From positions 1 through 25,685 of the IMG/VR virus record IMGVR_UViG_3300010376_000123: 25,685 bases of DNA. One strand, written 5' to 3'. Below the pieces are notes generated by a model. The model searched no databases. It was not told the DNA's origin and saw only the letters and a list, made by a program, of their open reading frames with translations. This DNA is from a virus. Taxonomy: Duplodnaviria; Caudoviricetes. Positions within the stretch are counted from its first letter, which is position 1; each line of letters starts with the position of its first letter. This document shows positions 8,201 to 16,046 of the stretch, piece after piece. Made by a program: the position numbers and the translations under genes.

Positions 8201-8392
8201 TCCGCCGTCTACCCGAAGGTCGAGCAGATGGCCTACGAAGGCAAGATCAACAGCGTGCGTGTCTACGACACGGACACGAAGACGACGCTCGCGACCGTCA
8301 GCGCGGGGAGCCGCGAGATCCACGACCCGGTCGGCTACCAGCGCTTCCTCGACAAGGCGAACGAGTACACGGGCCCCAGGAAGGTCGGCTGA
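5216..8392 (+). CDS. Portal protein (DUF935/Mu gp29-like) fused to a MuF-like head morphogenesis domain and a C-terminal zeta-toxin-like P-loop kinase
   Basis: Portal about 5216-6450 (NWYGRSILRAAY, ERTGMGVP, GSRALG). Pro-rich linker. MuF-like region about 6640-7390 (LDDATCDECQAIDG...CLGGPRCRG). Kinase about 7600-8392 (FMAGGPASGKST, VNPDEVK, VHEESSDIA, NMTVDGT, RVAKTGRYVP). One uninterrupted ORF. Confidence 0.85.
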   Translation: MSPPVAPGAPTTEIGYAVDTSTTSLVVAGGGLPSWQTLAEDTHEYVDELSWPRSVYTYQRMRNDAQIDGLMRGFTWPIRNYDWAIDPRDCPPDAAQRLADDLGLPLLGEEITSEATSARHSRASADEHLRMALLALVFGHMYFEQVGEIDADGWWRLTKLAPRMPSSIDQILVARDGGLVGIRQLGSDVVIPVNRLVGYVWDREGGNWYGRSILRAAYAPWLIKDRLYRIDTVKHERTGMGVPIITLPEGASEAQRQAALQMAEQFRGGDLAGGALPFGHQLSLVGVQGSTSDVLGSIRYYDELIARMLMMMFTQLGTTETGSRALGQSFMDFFSLALSAVAEWYAGVVDAFIIADWVEWNLGEDAPTPQLVFAQAPERVLAPPDLVGLINAGAVVVDEELREWIAHRYDMPAPPPDAPLPSLGGPTNPTTSPTSQPGSAPPAETQPATLASVEAYYPPGRDVGPTPPKATSPAWPYHRQPFRHEVQAAVDYPGLDRDFQKALEATLKTYQAQVRPAQLRAIEAAAAAGDIGQILSALDAAGLDGVEVIAQGMHATARSGVKHALAEAQAQGEAIPEPPLDTARTLRRAASTDTLLRRSLAQSAYNKAAILAPDGIGTPAVAGGVMSYLKGLTDAWLRDQLVGALTSAQNEGRQAVFETAAGAGMEASYYASEVLDDATCDECQAIDGTQFDTLADAQDAYPTGGYSDCLGGPRCRGTIVVVYGTSGVEGSALRAYSDDQPRDETGRWTSGGGGGDGGGEAAPADAGSAPGAPPGVQVDPSKIGPDGWPVKDEGATAVLGEAANTQEMYTVGRDANGAPIYSPDRAGVHDAIVAGATEGHASQEDPRALFMAGGPASGKSTALAGLEAQGSDLVPKDAVNVNPDEVKSELPEYNQIKDTGSLYAATGVHEESSDIAKRITNEAIANGQNMTVDGTGDSGGSKFPDKLEAAAQTHQVDVMYATRTTQGAVDQQIDRVAKTGRYVPEEEQRYQHAQVSAVYPKVEQMAYEGKINSVRVYDTDTKTTLATVSAGSREIHDPVGYQRFLDKANEYTGPRKVG

Positions 8393-8589
8393 TGACGGAC
8401 TACACGAAGATCACCGAGGACGTCGACGCCGACCAGCTCGCGACGCCGAAGAAGCCGCCGACGGCGGCGCCGGTGCCCGTCTCGGACTCGGCCGACTACC
8501 TCGACCGGCCCGCGCCGGTCTACCAGCACGGCCCCGCCCAGGCGCCCGACTTCGACCGGCCGCCCGGCGGCCGAAGCGGGTCAACGTGA
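8392..8589 (+). CDS. Small Pro/Asp-rich protein (65 aa), candidate antitoxin/immunity
   Basis: TGATG overlap upstream and GTGA overlap downstream support a real gene. The function is inferred from position only. Confidence 0.6.
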   Translation: MTDYTKITEDVDADQLATPKKPPTAAPVPVSDSADYLDRPAPVYQHGPAQAPDFDRPPGGRSGST

Positions 8590-9956
8590 GCTTGACCACG
8601 ATCGAGGGTGTCGAGCTGCTCGACGTCGGCGAGAACTGGCCGCTCGCGAGTGGCTCGCAGACGTTCACGCTGGAAGACCTCGCCGCGGTGATCGAGTCGC
8701 AGGACGACCCCGCCGTGAAGGCGCCGCGGCTGAAGCTCGGCCACTCGGGGGCGGACTGGCAGAGCGCCGAGCCCGCCTTCGGGAGAGTCTCGAACCTGCG
8801 CGCCTCCGAGAACGGGATGACGCTGCTCGGCGACATCGAGGGCGTGCCGCAGTGGCTCGCGGACGTGATGCCGACCGCCTGGCCGAGCCGCTCGATCGAG
8901 GGCCGCTTCGCGGTGAAGACCGCGACCGGGCATCATCATCGTCTCGTGATCGACGCGGTCGCGCTGCTCGGCGTCGTGATGCCGGGCGTGTCGACGCTGG
9001 AGGACCTCGCCGCCGCCTACCAGGACGAGATGCCGGAGGGAGTGGAGCTTGCGATGAGCGAGAACGTGGTCGCCCGCCTCGCGCGCCGCGCGGTGGCGGG
9101 CCGCTCGACGGACGTCGAGGCGGTGCGCCGCAGCTTCTACGAGCAGGTCGCCAAGGGCGACAACGCCTGGTGGTGGATCCGCTCGCTGCAGGTCGACCCG
9201 GCCCAGGCGATCTGCGAGGACGAGCAGACCGGCGACCTCTACAAGGTGCCGTACACGATCGGCAAGGGCGGCGTCAGCTGGGGCGAGCCGCAGAAGGTCG
9301 AGGTGGTCTACCAGGACGCAAAAGCGTCGCGTGTCACGGCTGCAGCGTCGTGGCCGGAGCCCCTGGATTCGAGGAGAGGAGTGGCCGTGGATCCCACGGA
9401 GCTGCGCCAGAAGATCGGGCTCGCGCAGGACGCGAGCGAGGAGGAGGTGAGCGCCAGGCTCGACGCGCTCCACGCCTCGACGGCCGATCCGACGAACGAC
9501 CCCGAGCCGACGCCGCCCGCAGAGCCGGGCGACGACGACGAGGGCGACGAGGAGCCCGCGCCGGTCGAGGGCCCGCCGCTCGACCCGGGCGCGCCCGCCA
9601 CCCAGGCGTCTCAGCGGACGGTGCGCGTCGACGCCGAGACGCTCGACCAGCTCCGCCGCGACGCAAGACTCGGCGCGCAGGCGCGAGCGGTCCAGCTGGA
9701 TGCGGAGCGCGACCAGGTGATCACCGCCGCCGTCCAGGACGGGCGGATCGCCCCGGCCCGCGCGAAGGCGTGGCGCAAGGCGCTTGAGGCCGACCCGGGC
9801 GCCGCCGACGTGCTCGCCGGGCTTGAGCCGGACCTGATCCCCGTCCAGAACCGCGAGGTCGGCCGCGCCGATCACGACCTCGTCGCGAGCGCCGAGGCGT
9901 ACCCGGCGGAGTGGCTGACGACGCGCGAGCGTCGCCAGCTCGGGAAGGAGAGCTGA
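8586..9956 (+). CDS. Capsid maturation protease/scaffold (Mu gpI-like)
   Basis: GTG 8586. APRLKLGH...EPAFGRV...WPSRSIEG...AVALLGVVMPGVSTL protease region. C-terminal acidic and helical scaffold region (ELRQKIGLAQDASEEEV, AAVQDGRIAPA). Confidence 0.8.
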   Translation: MSLTTIEGVELLDVGENWPLASGSQTFTLEDLAAVIESQDDPAVKAPRLKLGHSGADWQSAEPAFGRVSNLRASENGMTLLGDIEGVPQWLADVMPTAWPSRSIEGRFAVKTATGHHHRLVIDAVALLGVVMPGVSTLEDLAAAYQDEMPEGVELAMSENVVARLARRAVAGRSTDVEAVRRSFYEQVAKGDNAWWWIRSLQVDPAQAICEDEQTGDLYKVPYTIGKGGVSWGEPQKVEVVYQDAKASRVTAAASWPEPLDSRRGVAVDPTELRQKIGLAQDASEEEVSARLDALHASTADPTNDPEPTPPAEPGDDDEGDEEPAPVEGPPLDPGAPATQASQRTVRVDAETLDQLRRDARLGAQARAVQLDAERDQVITAAVQDGRIAPARAKAWRKALEADPGAADVLAGLEPDLIPVQNREVGRADHDLVASAEAYPAEWLTTRERRQLGKES

Positions 9957-9959
9957 GCG

Positions 9960-10373
9960 ATGGCGAACGACTGCATCCCCCTCTTCGAGGAGGGCGACCG
10001 CATCCCGTGCGTCGTCGCCACCGGCCAGAGCGTGGTCGGCAAGACGTTCGTGCAGTTCGACTCGTTCGTCGGCCCCGCGATCTCGGACTCGCCGCTCGGC
10101 GCCGAGAACATCCGCTGCCGCACCGCGGCGGCGGCGGGCGCGAGTGGCACGCTCGGCGTCGCCGCCTGGGACGCCGCCGCGGGCACACCCGTCACCGTCA
10201 TCGGCGGGGCGCGCTTCATCGTCCCCGTCACCGCGGGCGCCGCGATCACCGCGGGCCAGCAGCTCGACAACGACGCCGCGGGGAAGGTCATCCCGCACGC
10301 CTCGGGTGTCGTCGTCGGCCAGGCCATGACGGCCGCCGCGAGCGGCGCCGACTGCTACGTCCGCCTCGCCTGA
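9960..10373 (+). CDS. Head decoration / capsid cement protein (DUF2190-like)
   Basis: Lies between scaffold and capsid genes. GVAAWDAAAG...VPVTAGAAITAGQ...DAAGKV...VGQAMTAA pattern. Confidence 0.75.
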   Translation: MANDCIPLFEEGDRIPCVVATGQSVVGKTFVQFDSFVGPAISDSPLGAENIRCRTAAAAGASGTLGVAAWDAAAGTPVTVIGGARFIVPVTAGAAITAGQQLDNDAAGKVIPHASGVVVGQAMTAAASGADCYVRLA

Positions 10374-10384
10374 AAGGAGGAGCC

Positions 10385-11365
10385 GTGCCACCGACTCAAG
10401 AGCTTGAGCGCACCGGCCGGGTGCGTGACGGGCGCGTGATCGCGGCCCAGCCCGCCTACCCGGCGAGGCCGCAGCACCCGCTCGGCGCGCCGACGCTGAG
10501 CGGCACCACGATCACCGTCGACATCATGCTCAACACGCCGACGCGGATCACCCGGATGATCATGGACCTCTCGCAGGAGCGGTTCATCACCGACCGGATC
10601 TACGCGAGCGCCGGGGGCGTCACCGGCGGCGCGGTGATCTTCGACATCCAGGACACGAACCAGCTCTACACGGACCGCGACGCCGAGCAGGTCTCGCCCG
10701 GCGCGAGCTTCCCGATCGTTACGAGCGTCCGTCTCGGCGCGGGCGTCGCCCCGGTCGAGAAGTGGGGCGCGAAGACGTTCATCACCGACGAGGCGCGTGA
10801 CCGCAACAACGCGGTGCTCTTCACGAACCAGCTGCGCCAGATGACGAACACCCTGATCCGCAAGATCAACGCTCGCGGGATGGCGGTCCTCAACGCGGCG
10901 CTGGCGAACTACCCCGCCCAGGTGATCGCGGGCCACAACTGGCAGACGGTGAACCTCCAGGGCTCCAGCCCGACGCCGGTCGCGCAGACCCCGGCGGCGG
11001 ACATCGCCAAGGCCCAGCAGCAGGCCGAGACCCAGGAACTCGGCATGGTCTACGACACGCTCCTCTTGAACCCGCAGGAGGCGAACCAGGTCAACCTGAT
11101 CTACTCGGTCGTCGCGGGCGGCTGGGACGCGATCGCCGCGAGCTGGGGGATCACCGAGACGTACGCCTCTCCCCGGATCGCTCCCGGCATCGGCTACGTG
11201 ATCGCCTCGCAGCAGGCGGGCGGGATGCGGACCGAGAAGCCGCTCGGGACGGAGACGTGGCGCGAGGCCGAGACGGAGCGCACCTGGGTGCAGGCGTCGG
11301 TCAGGCCCGTCTTCTACGTCGACAACCCGACGGCGGTCGTCGAGCTGACCGGACTGGCCGGGTGA
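10385..11365 (+). CDS. Major capsid protein
   Basis: GTG 10385 after strong SD AAAGGAGG. 326 aa. EQVSPGASFP, VEKWGAKTFITDEARDRN and YDTLLLNP motifs are typical of HK97-fold capsids. Position fits. Confidence 0.85.
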   Translation: MPPTQELERTGRVRDGRVIAAQPAYPARPQHPLGAPTLSGTTITVDIMLNTPTRITRMIMDLSQERFITDRIYASAGGVTGGAVIFDIQDTNQLYTDRDAEQVSPGASFPIVTSVRLGAGVAPVEKWGAKTFITDEARDRNNAVLFTNQLRQMTNTLIRKINARGMAVLNAALANYPAQVIAGHNWQTVNLQGSSPTPVAQTPAADIAKAQQQAETQELGMVYDTLLLNPQEANQVNLIYSVVAGGWDAIAASWGITETYASPRIAPGIGYVIASQQAGGMRTEKPLGTETWREAETERTWVQASVRPVFYVDNPTAVVELTGLAG

Positions 11366-11368
11366 GCG

Positions 11369-11875
11369 ATGAGTGACGAGACGCTGCTGCGCGTGATCGT
11401 CGGCTCCGTCGCGGTGCACCAGACGCGCCAGCTCGTCGCCGACGCGGAGGGCAACCCGATCCCCAACGAGCACGGCGCCGAGCAGTACGTGGTCCCCGCC
11501 GACCACTGGGCCTCGTACGGCGAGGTCGTCGGCGTCGGCCCGAACGAGGCGCAGCGCCTGCGCGCCGTCAAGACCGCGGACGGCTCGCCGGTCGTCGAGG
11601 ACGCGCCCGAGGGCGCCGAGGCGGGCGAGGTCGTCGGCGAGGCGCCGGAGGCGCCGCCGCCCGGCCAGGTCGTCGCCGACGACGCCGCCGAGAGCGCCGA
11701 GCCGTCCGCGGCGGCGGAGGCGGCCGGGCAGACCGTGCAGGGGACGATCACGCAGGTCCAGGAGTACGCCCGCGCGCATCCCGACGAGCTGGAGCAGCTG
11801 CACGACGCCGAGTCCGCGGGCCAGGCCCGGCCGACGCTGCTGCGCTGGCTGGAGGAGCGGCTGGGGAGCGCGTGA
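11369..11875 (+). CDS. Hypothetical virion-associated protein
   Basis: 168 aa with an acidic linker and a small C-terminal helical module (TITQVQEY...AESAGQARPTLLRWLE) of a kind often found after capsid genes. Confidence 0.7.
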   Translation: MSDETLLRVIVGSVAVHQTRQLVADAEGNPIPNEHGAEQYVVPADHWASYGEVVGVGPNEAQRLRAVKTADGSPVVEDAPEGAEAGEVVGEAPEAPPPGQVVADDAAESAEPSAAAEAAGQTVQGTITQVQEYARAHPDELEQLHDAESAGQARPTLLRWLEERLGSA

Positions 11876-12891
11876 GCGTCAGCCCGCTCAGCGCCACGGG
11901 CACGCCCGCCGTCTGCGCCCAGGCGTCGCTGCAGTCCGCGGCGACGTACCTGAACGCGCTCGTCTTCACGCTTCAGAGCGCGGGGGCGGCGGGCAACTCG
12001 TGGATGCTCGGCGCGACCGACCAGGGCGCGGGCGCGGTGCTCGTCACGCTCTACGCCGACCCCGCCGCGACCCAGGTAGCCGAGCAGGCGGGCCCGTTCG
12101 CGACGCTCGGCGACGCGCACGCCCACGCCTGGCAGACCGTCACCGCCAGCTGGAACCAGGTGAGCGGCGCGGTGCCGTCCGAGCCGATCGCGCCGTTCGG
12201 CGTGCCCCAGCCGTTCACGGGCGGCGCGGATGCGGACGTCCCCGGGATGAGCCCCGTCGCCTCGTGCTACCCGAGCGTGGACGAGATCGGCGCGATGCTC
12301 CACGCCCGCACCGTCGACGAGAACGGCGCCGAGCTGGGCACGTTCACCTCCGCGACCAGGCCGACGGACACCCAGGTCTCGTCGCTGATCAGCCTCGTCG
12401 CGGGCGGCCTCGACGCGCTCTCGGCGAGTCTCGGCTGGGCGGGGCAGTGGCCCGACGGGCTCGTCGGCTCGGCGAAGGACGCGATCGTGCTGTGCGTCTG
12501 CTGGCGGATCGAGGCGGGCTACTTCCCCGCCCAGACCCAGGTCAACCAGTCCGCGATCAGCTACTACCAGACGGCCTGTCAGAACGCCTGGCAGAAGCTC
12601 GACACGGCCGCCCGCGACTGGGCCTGGCCGGACGACCCGGCCGGGGGTGACGCGCACACCGCGATCTTCGCCGGTGGCTGGACGTGGTGGGACTTCCGCC
12701 CGATCGAGTGGTGGATCACCGACGTCTGGAGCCTCGTCTGGTGGGACCCCGCGACGGAGACCTGGAACGTCCCCGCCGCGCCCGTGATCCCCTGGGGGAA
12801 CCCCGCCCAGCGGCGGATGGCGGTCAGCCCCGACGAGGCGCTGCTCCGCGCATCCGTCCCCGTCGACGTGCCCGCGGAGCTAGCGCCGTGA
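11872..12891 (+). CDS. Putative head-to-tail adaptor with N- and C-terminal extensions
   Basis: Core YPSVDEIGAMLHART...GTFTSATRPTDTQVSSLI resembles actinophage adaptors. Position fits. Confidence 0.6.
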   Translation: MSVSPLSATGTPAVCAQASLQSAATYLNALVFTLQSAGAAGNSWMLGATDQGAGAVLVTLYADPAATQVAEQAGPFATLGDAHAHAWQTVTASWNQVSGAVPSEPIAPFGVPQPFTGGADADVPGMSPVASCYPSVDEIGAMLHARTVDENGAELGTFTSATRPTDTQVSSLISLVAGGLDALSASLGWAGQWPDGLVGSAKDAIVLCVCWRIEAGYFPAQTQVNQSAISYYQTACQNAWQKLDTAARDWAWPDDPAGGDAHTAIFAGGWTWWDFRPIEWWITDVWSLVWWDPATETWNVPAAPVIPWGNPAQRRMAVSPDEALLRASVPVDVPAELAP

Positions 12892-13370
12892 CGGGGCTCG
12901 GCTACGCCGTCCAGATCCAGGGCAGCGAAGAGGCCCGCTTCATGCTGATGCGCTTCGCCGACCGCGGCGAGAACATGCAGCCCGCCCTGGAGGCGATCCA
13001 GCGTGACTTCTTCGACATGGAGCAACACCAGTTCACGAGCCAGGGCGCGTTCCGCTCGGGCGGCTGGGCCGAGCTGGCCGACTCCACCGTCGCCTACAAG
13101 GAGCGCAACGATCTCGACCCGCGGATCCTCTACGCGACGCACCGCCTCGTCCAGAGCCTCACCGGGGAGTCGGGCGAGAACTACGCGCAGTTCACGCGGG
13201 AGGGCGTCGCGCTCGGCTCGACCGTGCCCTACGCGGGGTTCCACCAGACCGGCACGACGCGGATGCCGCGCCGTCCCCTCTTGGAGCTGACCGACGCGGA
13301 CGTGCAGCGCTGGGCGAAGATCGTCCAGACCTGGCTCGTGACCGGGCGGCGCGGGAGTTCTAGCTGGTGA
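12888..13370 (+). CDS. Virion morphogenesis protein (Mu gpG / Phage_tail_S-like)
   Basis: GTG 12888. WAELADST...RILYATHRLVQSL...GSTVPYAGFHQTGTTRMPRRPLL. Confidence 0.85.
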   Translation: MTGLGYAVQIQGSEEARFMLMRFADRGENMQPALEAIQRDFFDMEQHQFTSQGAFRSGGWAELADSTVAYKERNDLDPRILYATHRLVQSLTGESGENYAQFTREGVALGSTVPYAGFHQTGTTRMPRRPLLELTDADVQRWAKIVQTWLVTGRRGSSSW

Positions 13371-13990
13371 GCTACACGAACTCGAACTACCCGAAGCTCG
13401 GTCGGCTCGTCTGCGCGCTCGACGTCGAGCAGGCCGCGACGGACATGCTCCGCAAGAACATCGGGGTCTACCTCGACGCGGTCGGCACCCGCTTCGGCTA
13501 CACCGCCCCCCTCGTCAGGCCCCGCTCGATCACGTGCGCGCCCGAGGTGGCGCGCTACGCCGAGGACCAGCTCCCCGCGATCGTGGTGATGAGTCCCGGC
13601 ATCGTCGGCAACGTCGAGCGGCGAGGGGCGGGCACCTACGACGCCCCCTTCGGGCTCGTCGTCGCCTGCGCGGTGAGCGCCTCGAAGCGCTACAACGCGC
13701 TCAAGCTCGTGAGGATCTGGTGCGCGGCAATCCGGGCGTGTTGCGTCAACCACGCCGGTCTCGACGCTTCTGGTCTCACCTCCAGCCTGGCCTGGATCGG
13801 TGAGCAGTACGTCGCCGAGAACGCCGCCAACCGCCGCACCATCTGCGCCGGTACGGTCGAGTTCCGTGCCCGCGTGGCGGACGTCGTTGACGCGACCGTC
13901 GGGCCGCTCGACCCGACGGATCCCGCGGCCATCTGGCCGAGCGTGCAGACGCACGACGAGGACGTCGAGCTGATCAGCGGGTCGCCCTGA
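13367..13990 (+). CDS. Putative tail terminator/completion protein
   Basis: 207 aa, DQLPAIVVMSPG motif, positioned just before the sheath gene. Confidence 0.6.
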   Translation: MSYTNSNYPKLGRLVCALDVEQAATDMLRKNIGVYLDAVGTRFGYTAPLVRPRSITCAPEVARYAEDQLPAIVVMSPGIVGNVERRGAGTYDAPFGLVVACAVSASKRYNALKLVRIWCAAIRACCVNHAGLDASGLTSSLAWIGEQYVAENAANRRTICAGTVEFRARVADVVDATVGPLDPTDPAAIWPSVQTHDEDVELISGSP

Positions 13991-14009
13991 GCCGAGGAGG
14001 CGGTGTCTC

Positions 14010-14186
14010 ATGCCGGAGTACGTCGTGATCGCGAACCACCCGGTCACGTTGCCCGACGGCCGCATGGCCGGGATCTACGAGCACGTCACGACCGACGACG
14101 ACGTCGAGGGCCTCGTCGAGGACGGCCTCCTCGCGCCCGCGGTCGAGGCCAAGGCGAAGCGTCAGACGAAGGAGGGATCGGCATGA
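14010..14186 (+). CDS. Small hypothetical protein (58 aa), absent from the ORF track
   Basis: SD GAGGAGG upstream. MPEYVVIANHPVTLPDGRMAG...GLVEDGLLAP...; ATGA overlap with the sheath start. Confidence 0.7.
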   Translation: MPEYVVIANHPVTLPDGRMAGIYEHVTTDDDVEGLVEDGLLAPAVEAKAKRQTKEGSA

Positions 14187-15613
14187 GACCCGGAGTCGAG
14201 GTCACGATCTCGGACCAGCCGCCGCCCGTCTCGGCGCCGGTCTCGACGGACACCTGGTTCGTCACCGGGATCACCCAGATGGGGCCGACGAGCGGCCCCA
14301 GCCTGATCACCAGCATGCGCGACTACGCCGCGGTCTTCGGGGCCCGCGACGCGACCTACCCGCTGCTCTACGACAGTCTCGACTGCTACTTCCAGGAGGC
14401 CGGGGCCCGCGCCTACGTGGCGAGGACGGTCGGCCCCGCCGCGGCCGGGGCGACGGCGGTGCTCGGGGTCGTCACGATCAAGGCCTCGCCGGGCGTCTGG
14501 GCGAACACCTACACCGCCCAGGCGGCGCAGGACACGAGCGTGCCGCCGAAGGGGCAGATCACGATCAAGGACGGCACGGGCGCGATCGTCGCCCAGTCGC
14601 CCTGGGTCGCGGACGCCTCCGGCTTCCCCGCCTGGGGCAACACTCTCCCGAACTTCGACTGCACGACGACCGGCACGACGCTCCCGCCCGCCGCCGCCGC
14701 CGTCACCTTCTCGGGCGGCGCGGACGACCGCTCGAACATCACCGCGACCCAGCGCCAGGCCGCGCTCGACTCGTTCAGTGACGGCCTCGGGCCGGGCCAG
14801 GTCTCGATGCCGGGCCAGACCGACGACCCGTCCCACACCGCGCTCCTCAACCACGCCGACGCGCATAACCGCTTCGCGATCTGCGACGCGCCCGACACCG
14901 CGACCGTCGCGACGCTGCAGTCCTCGGCGCTGGCGATGCGCACCCTCGGCAAGGTCTCGCGCCGCGGTGTGCTGGTCGCGCCCTGGGGCCAGCTCGCGCC
15001 GCTCACGATCGGCGGCGCCGTCCGCGCCGTCCCGTTCGGCGCGGCGCTCGCCGGGATCATCGCCCGCAACACGACCGCCGCCCCCGCCGGGCAGGCCTCG
15101 GCGGGCACGATCTTCGGCTCGTCGTTCTCGATCGTCAGCCTCAACTACGACCTCTCGACGGTCCGCGACCAGCTCAACACCGCAGGCGTGCTCGTCGCCC
15201 GCCCCGTCTACGACGTGATCTGCGCGTACGGCCTGCGCACCCTCACCGACCCGACCTCCGACTCGCTCTGGCTGCAGTACCCCGGCGTGCGCATCGTGAT
15301 GGCCGTCGACGCCCAGGCGAACGCGATCGGCGAGCGTTACGTCTTCCGCCAGCTCGACGGCAAGGGCCTCGCGATCAGCCAGTTCGGCGGCGAGCTGGAC
15401 GCGATGCTGCTCGGCTTCTTCACGGACGGCTCGCTCTACGGCGAGACCCCCGGCGACGCCTTCAAGGTCGACGTCGGCCCCGCCGTCAACACGCCCACCA
15501 CGATCTCGAACGGCGAGCTGCACGCGATCATCCGGATGCGCACCAGCCCGGGCGCGGAGCTGGTCACGATCGAGATCGTGAAGCGCTCGATCACCCAGGA
15601 CCTCGCCGCCTAG
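14183..15613 (+). CDS. Contractile tail sheath protein
   Basis: MRPGVEV N-terminus, ITSMRDYAAVFG, FSGGADD, NRFAICDAP, YGLRTL, AFKVDVGPAVNTPTTISNGEL. Confidence 0.92.
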   Translation: MRPGVEVTISDQPPPVSAPVSTDTWFVTGITQMGPTSGPSLITSMRDYAAVFGARDATYPLLYDSLDCYFQEAGARAYVARTVGPAAAGATAVLGVVTIKASPGVWANTYTAQAAQDTSVPPKGQITIKDGTGAIVAQSPWVADASGFPAWGNTLPNFDCTTTGTTLPPAAAAVTFSGGADDRSNITATQRQAALDSFSDGLGPGQVSMPGQTDDPSHTALLNHADAHNRFAICDAPDTATVATLQSSALAMRTLGKVSRRGVLVAPWGQLAPLTIGGAVRAVPFGAALAGIIARNTTAAPAGQASAGTIFGSSFSIVSLNYDLSTVRDQLNTAGVLVARPVYDVICAYGLRTLTDPTSDSLWLQYPGVRIVMAVDAQANAIGERYVFRQLDGKGLAISQFGGELDAMLLGFFTDGSLYGETPGDAFKVDVGPAVNTPTTISNGELHAIIRMRTSPGAELVTIEIVKRSITQDLAA

Positions 15614-15626
15614 AAGGGAGCTGATC

Positions 15627-16046
15627 ATGGCCGACTGGTCCCGTAAGGACCGCTTCCGGCTGACCGCGAACATCGGCGGCCGCGACACCGGCGTCTGGTC
15701 GCAGAAGACGGGCGGCGACCTCGACTCGGAGGAGACGCTCTTCCACCCCGGCGGGATGGCCCAGCCCGTCAGCCTGGGAGGCCGCTACACCTTCGCGACG
15801 CTCACCCTGGAGCGCGGCTACGACCCCGTCGCCGACGCCGACCTGGTGCGGTTCCTCGCCCAGAACCGGGGACGCGCGAAGGTCCAGGCCGTCCAGCAGA
15901 GCCTGGACGTGGACGGGAACGCGATCGACGGTGCGCGCCTCACCTACGCGGGCACCCTCAAGCTCTTCCAGCCGCCCGAGGTCGACGCCGAGTCGAACGA
16001 CGCCGCCAAGCTCCACTGCGAGTTCACGATCGAGAGCGTGACGTGA
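15627..16046 (+). CDS. Tail tube protein
   Basis: 139 aa directly after sheath; WSQKTGGDLDSEE, TLTLERGY. Confidence 0.8.
   Translation: MADWSRKDRFRLTANIGGRDTGVWSQKTGGDLDSEETLFHPGGMAQPVSLGGRYTFATLTLERGYDPVADADLVRFLAQNRGRAKVQAVQQSLDVDGNAIDGARLTYAGTLKLFQPPEVDAESNDAAKLHCEFTIESVT

Noticed and set aside
5216-8392. Intein explaining the long portal ORF
   Set aside because: No intein N-terminal block with a matching His-Asn/Cys-Ser-Thr end, and no LAGLIDADG motif seen. The extra length is explained by the MuF-like and kinase domains.
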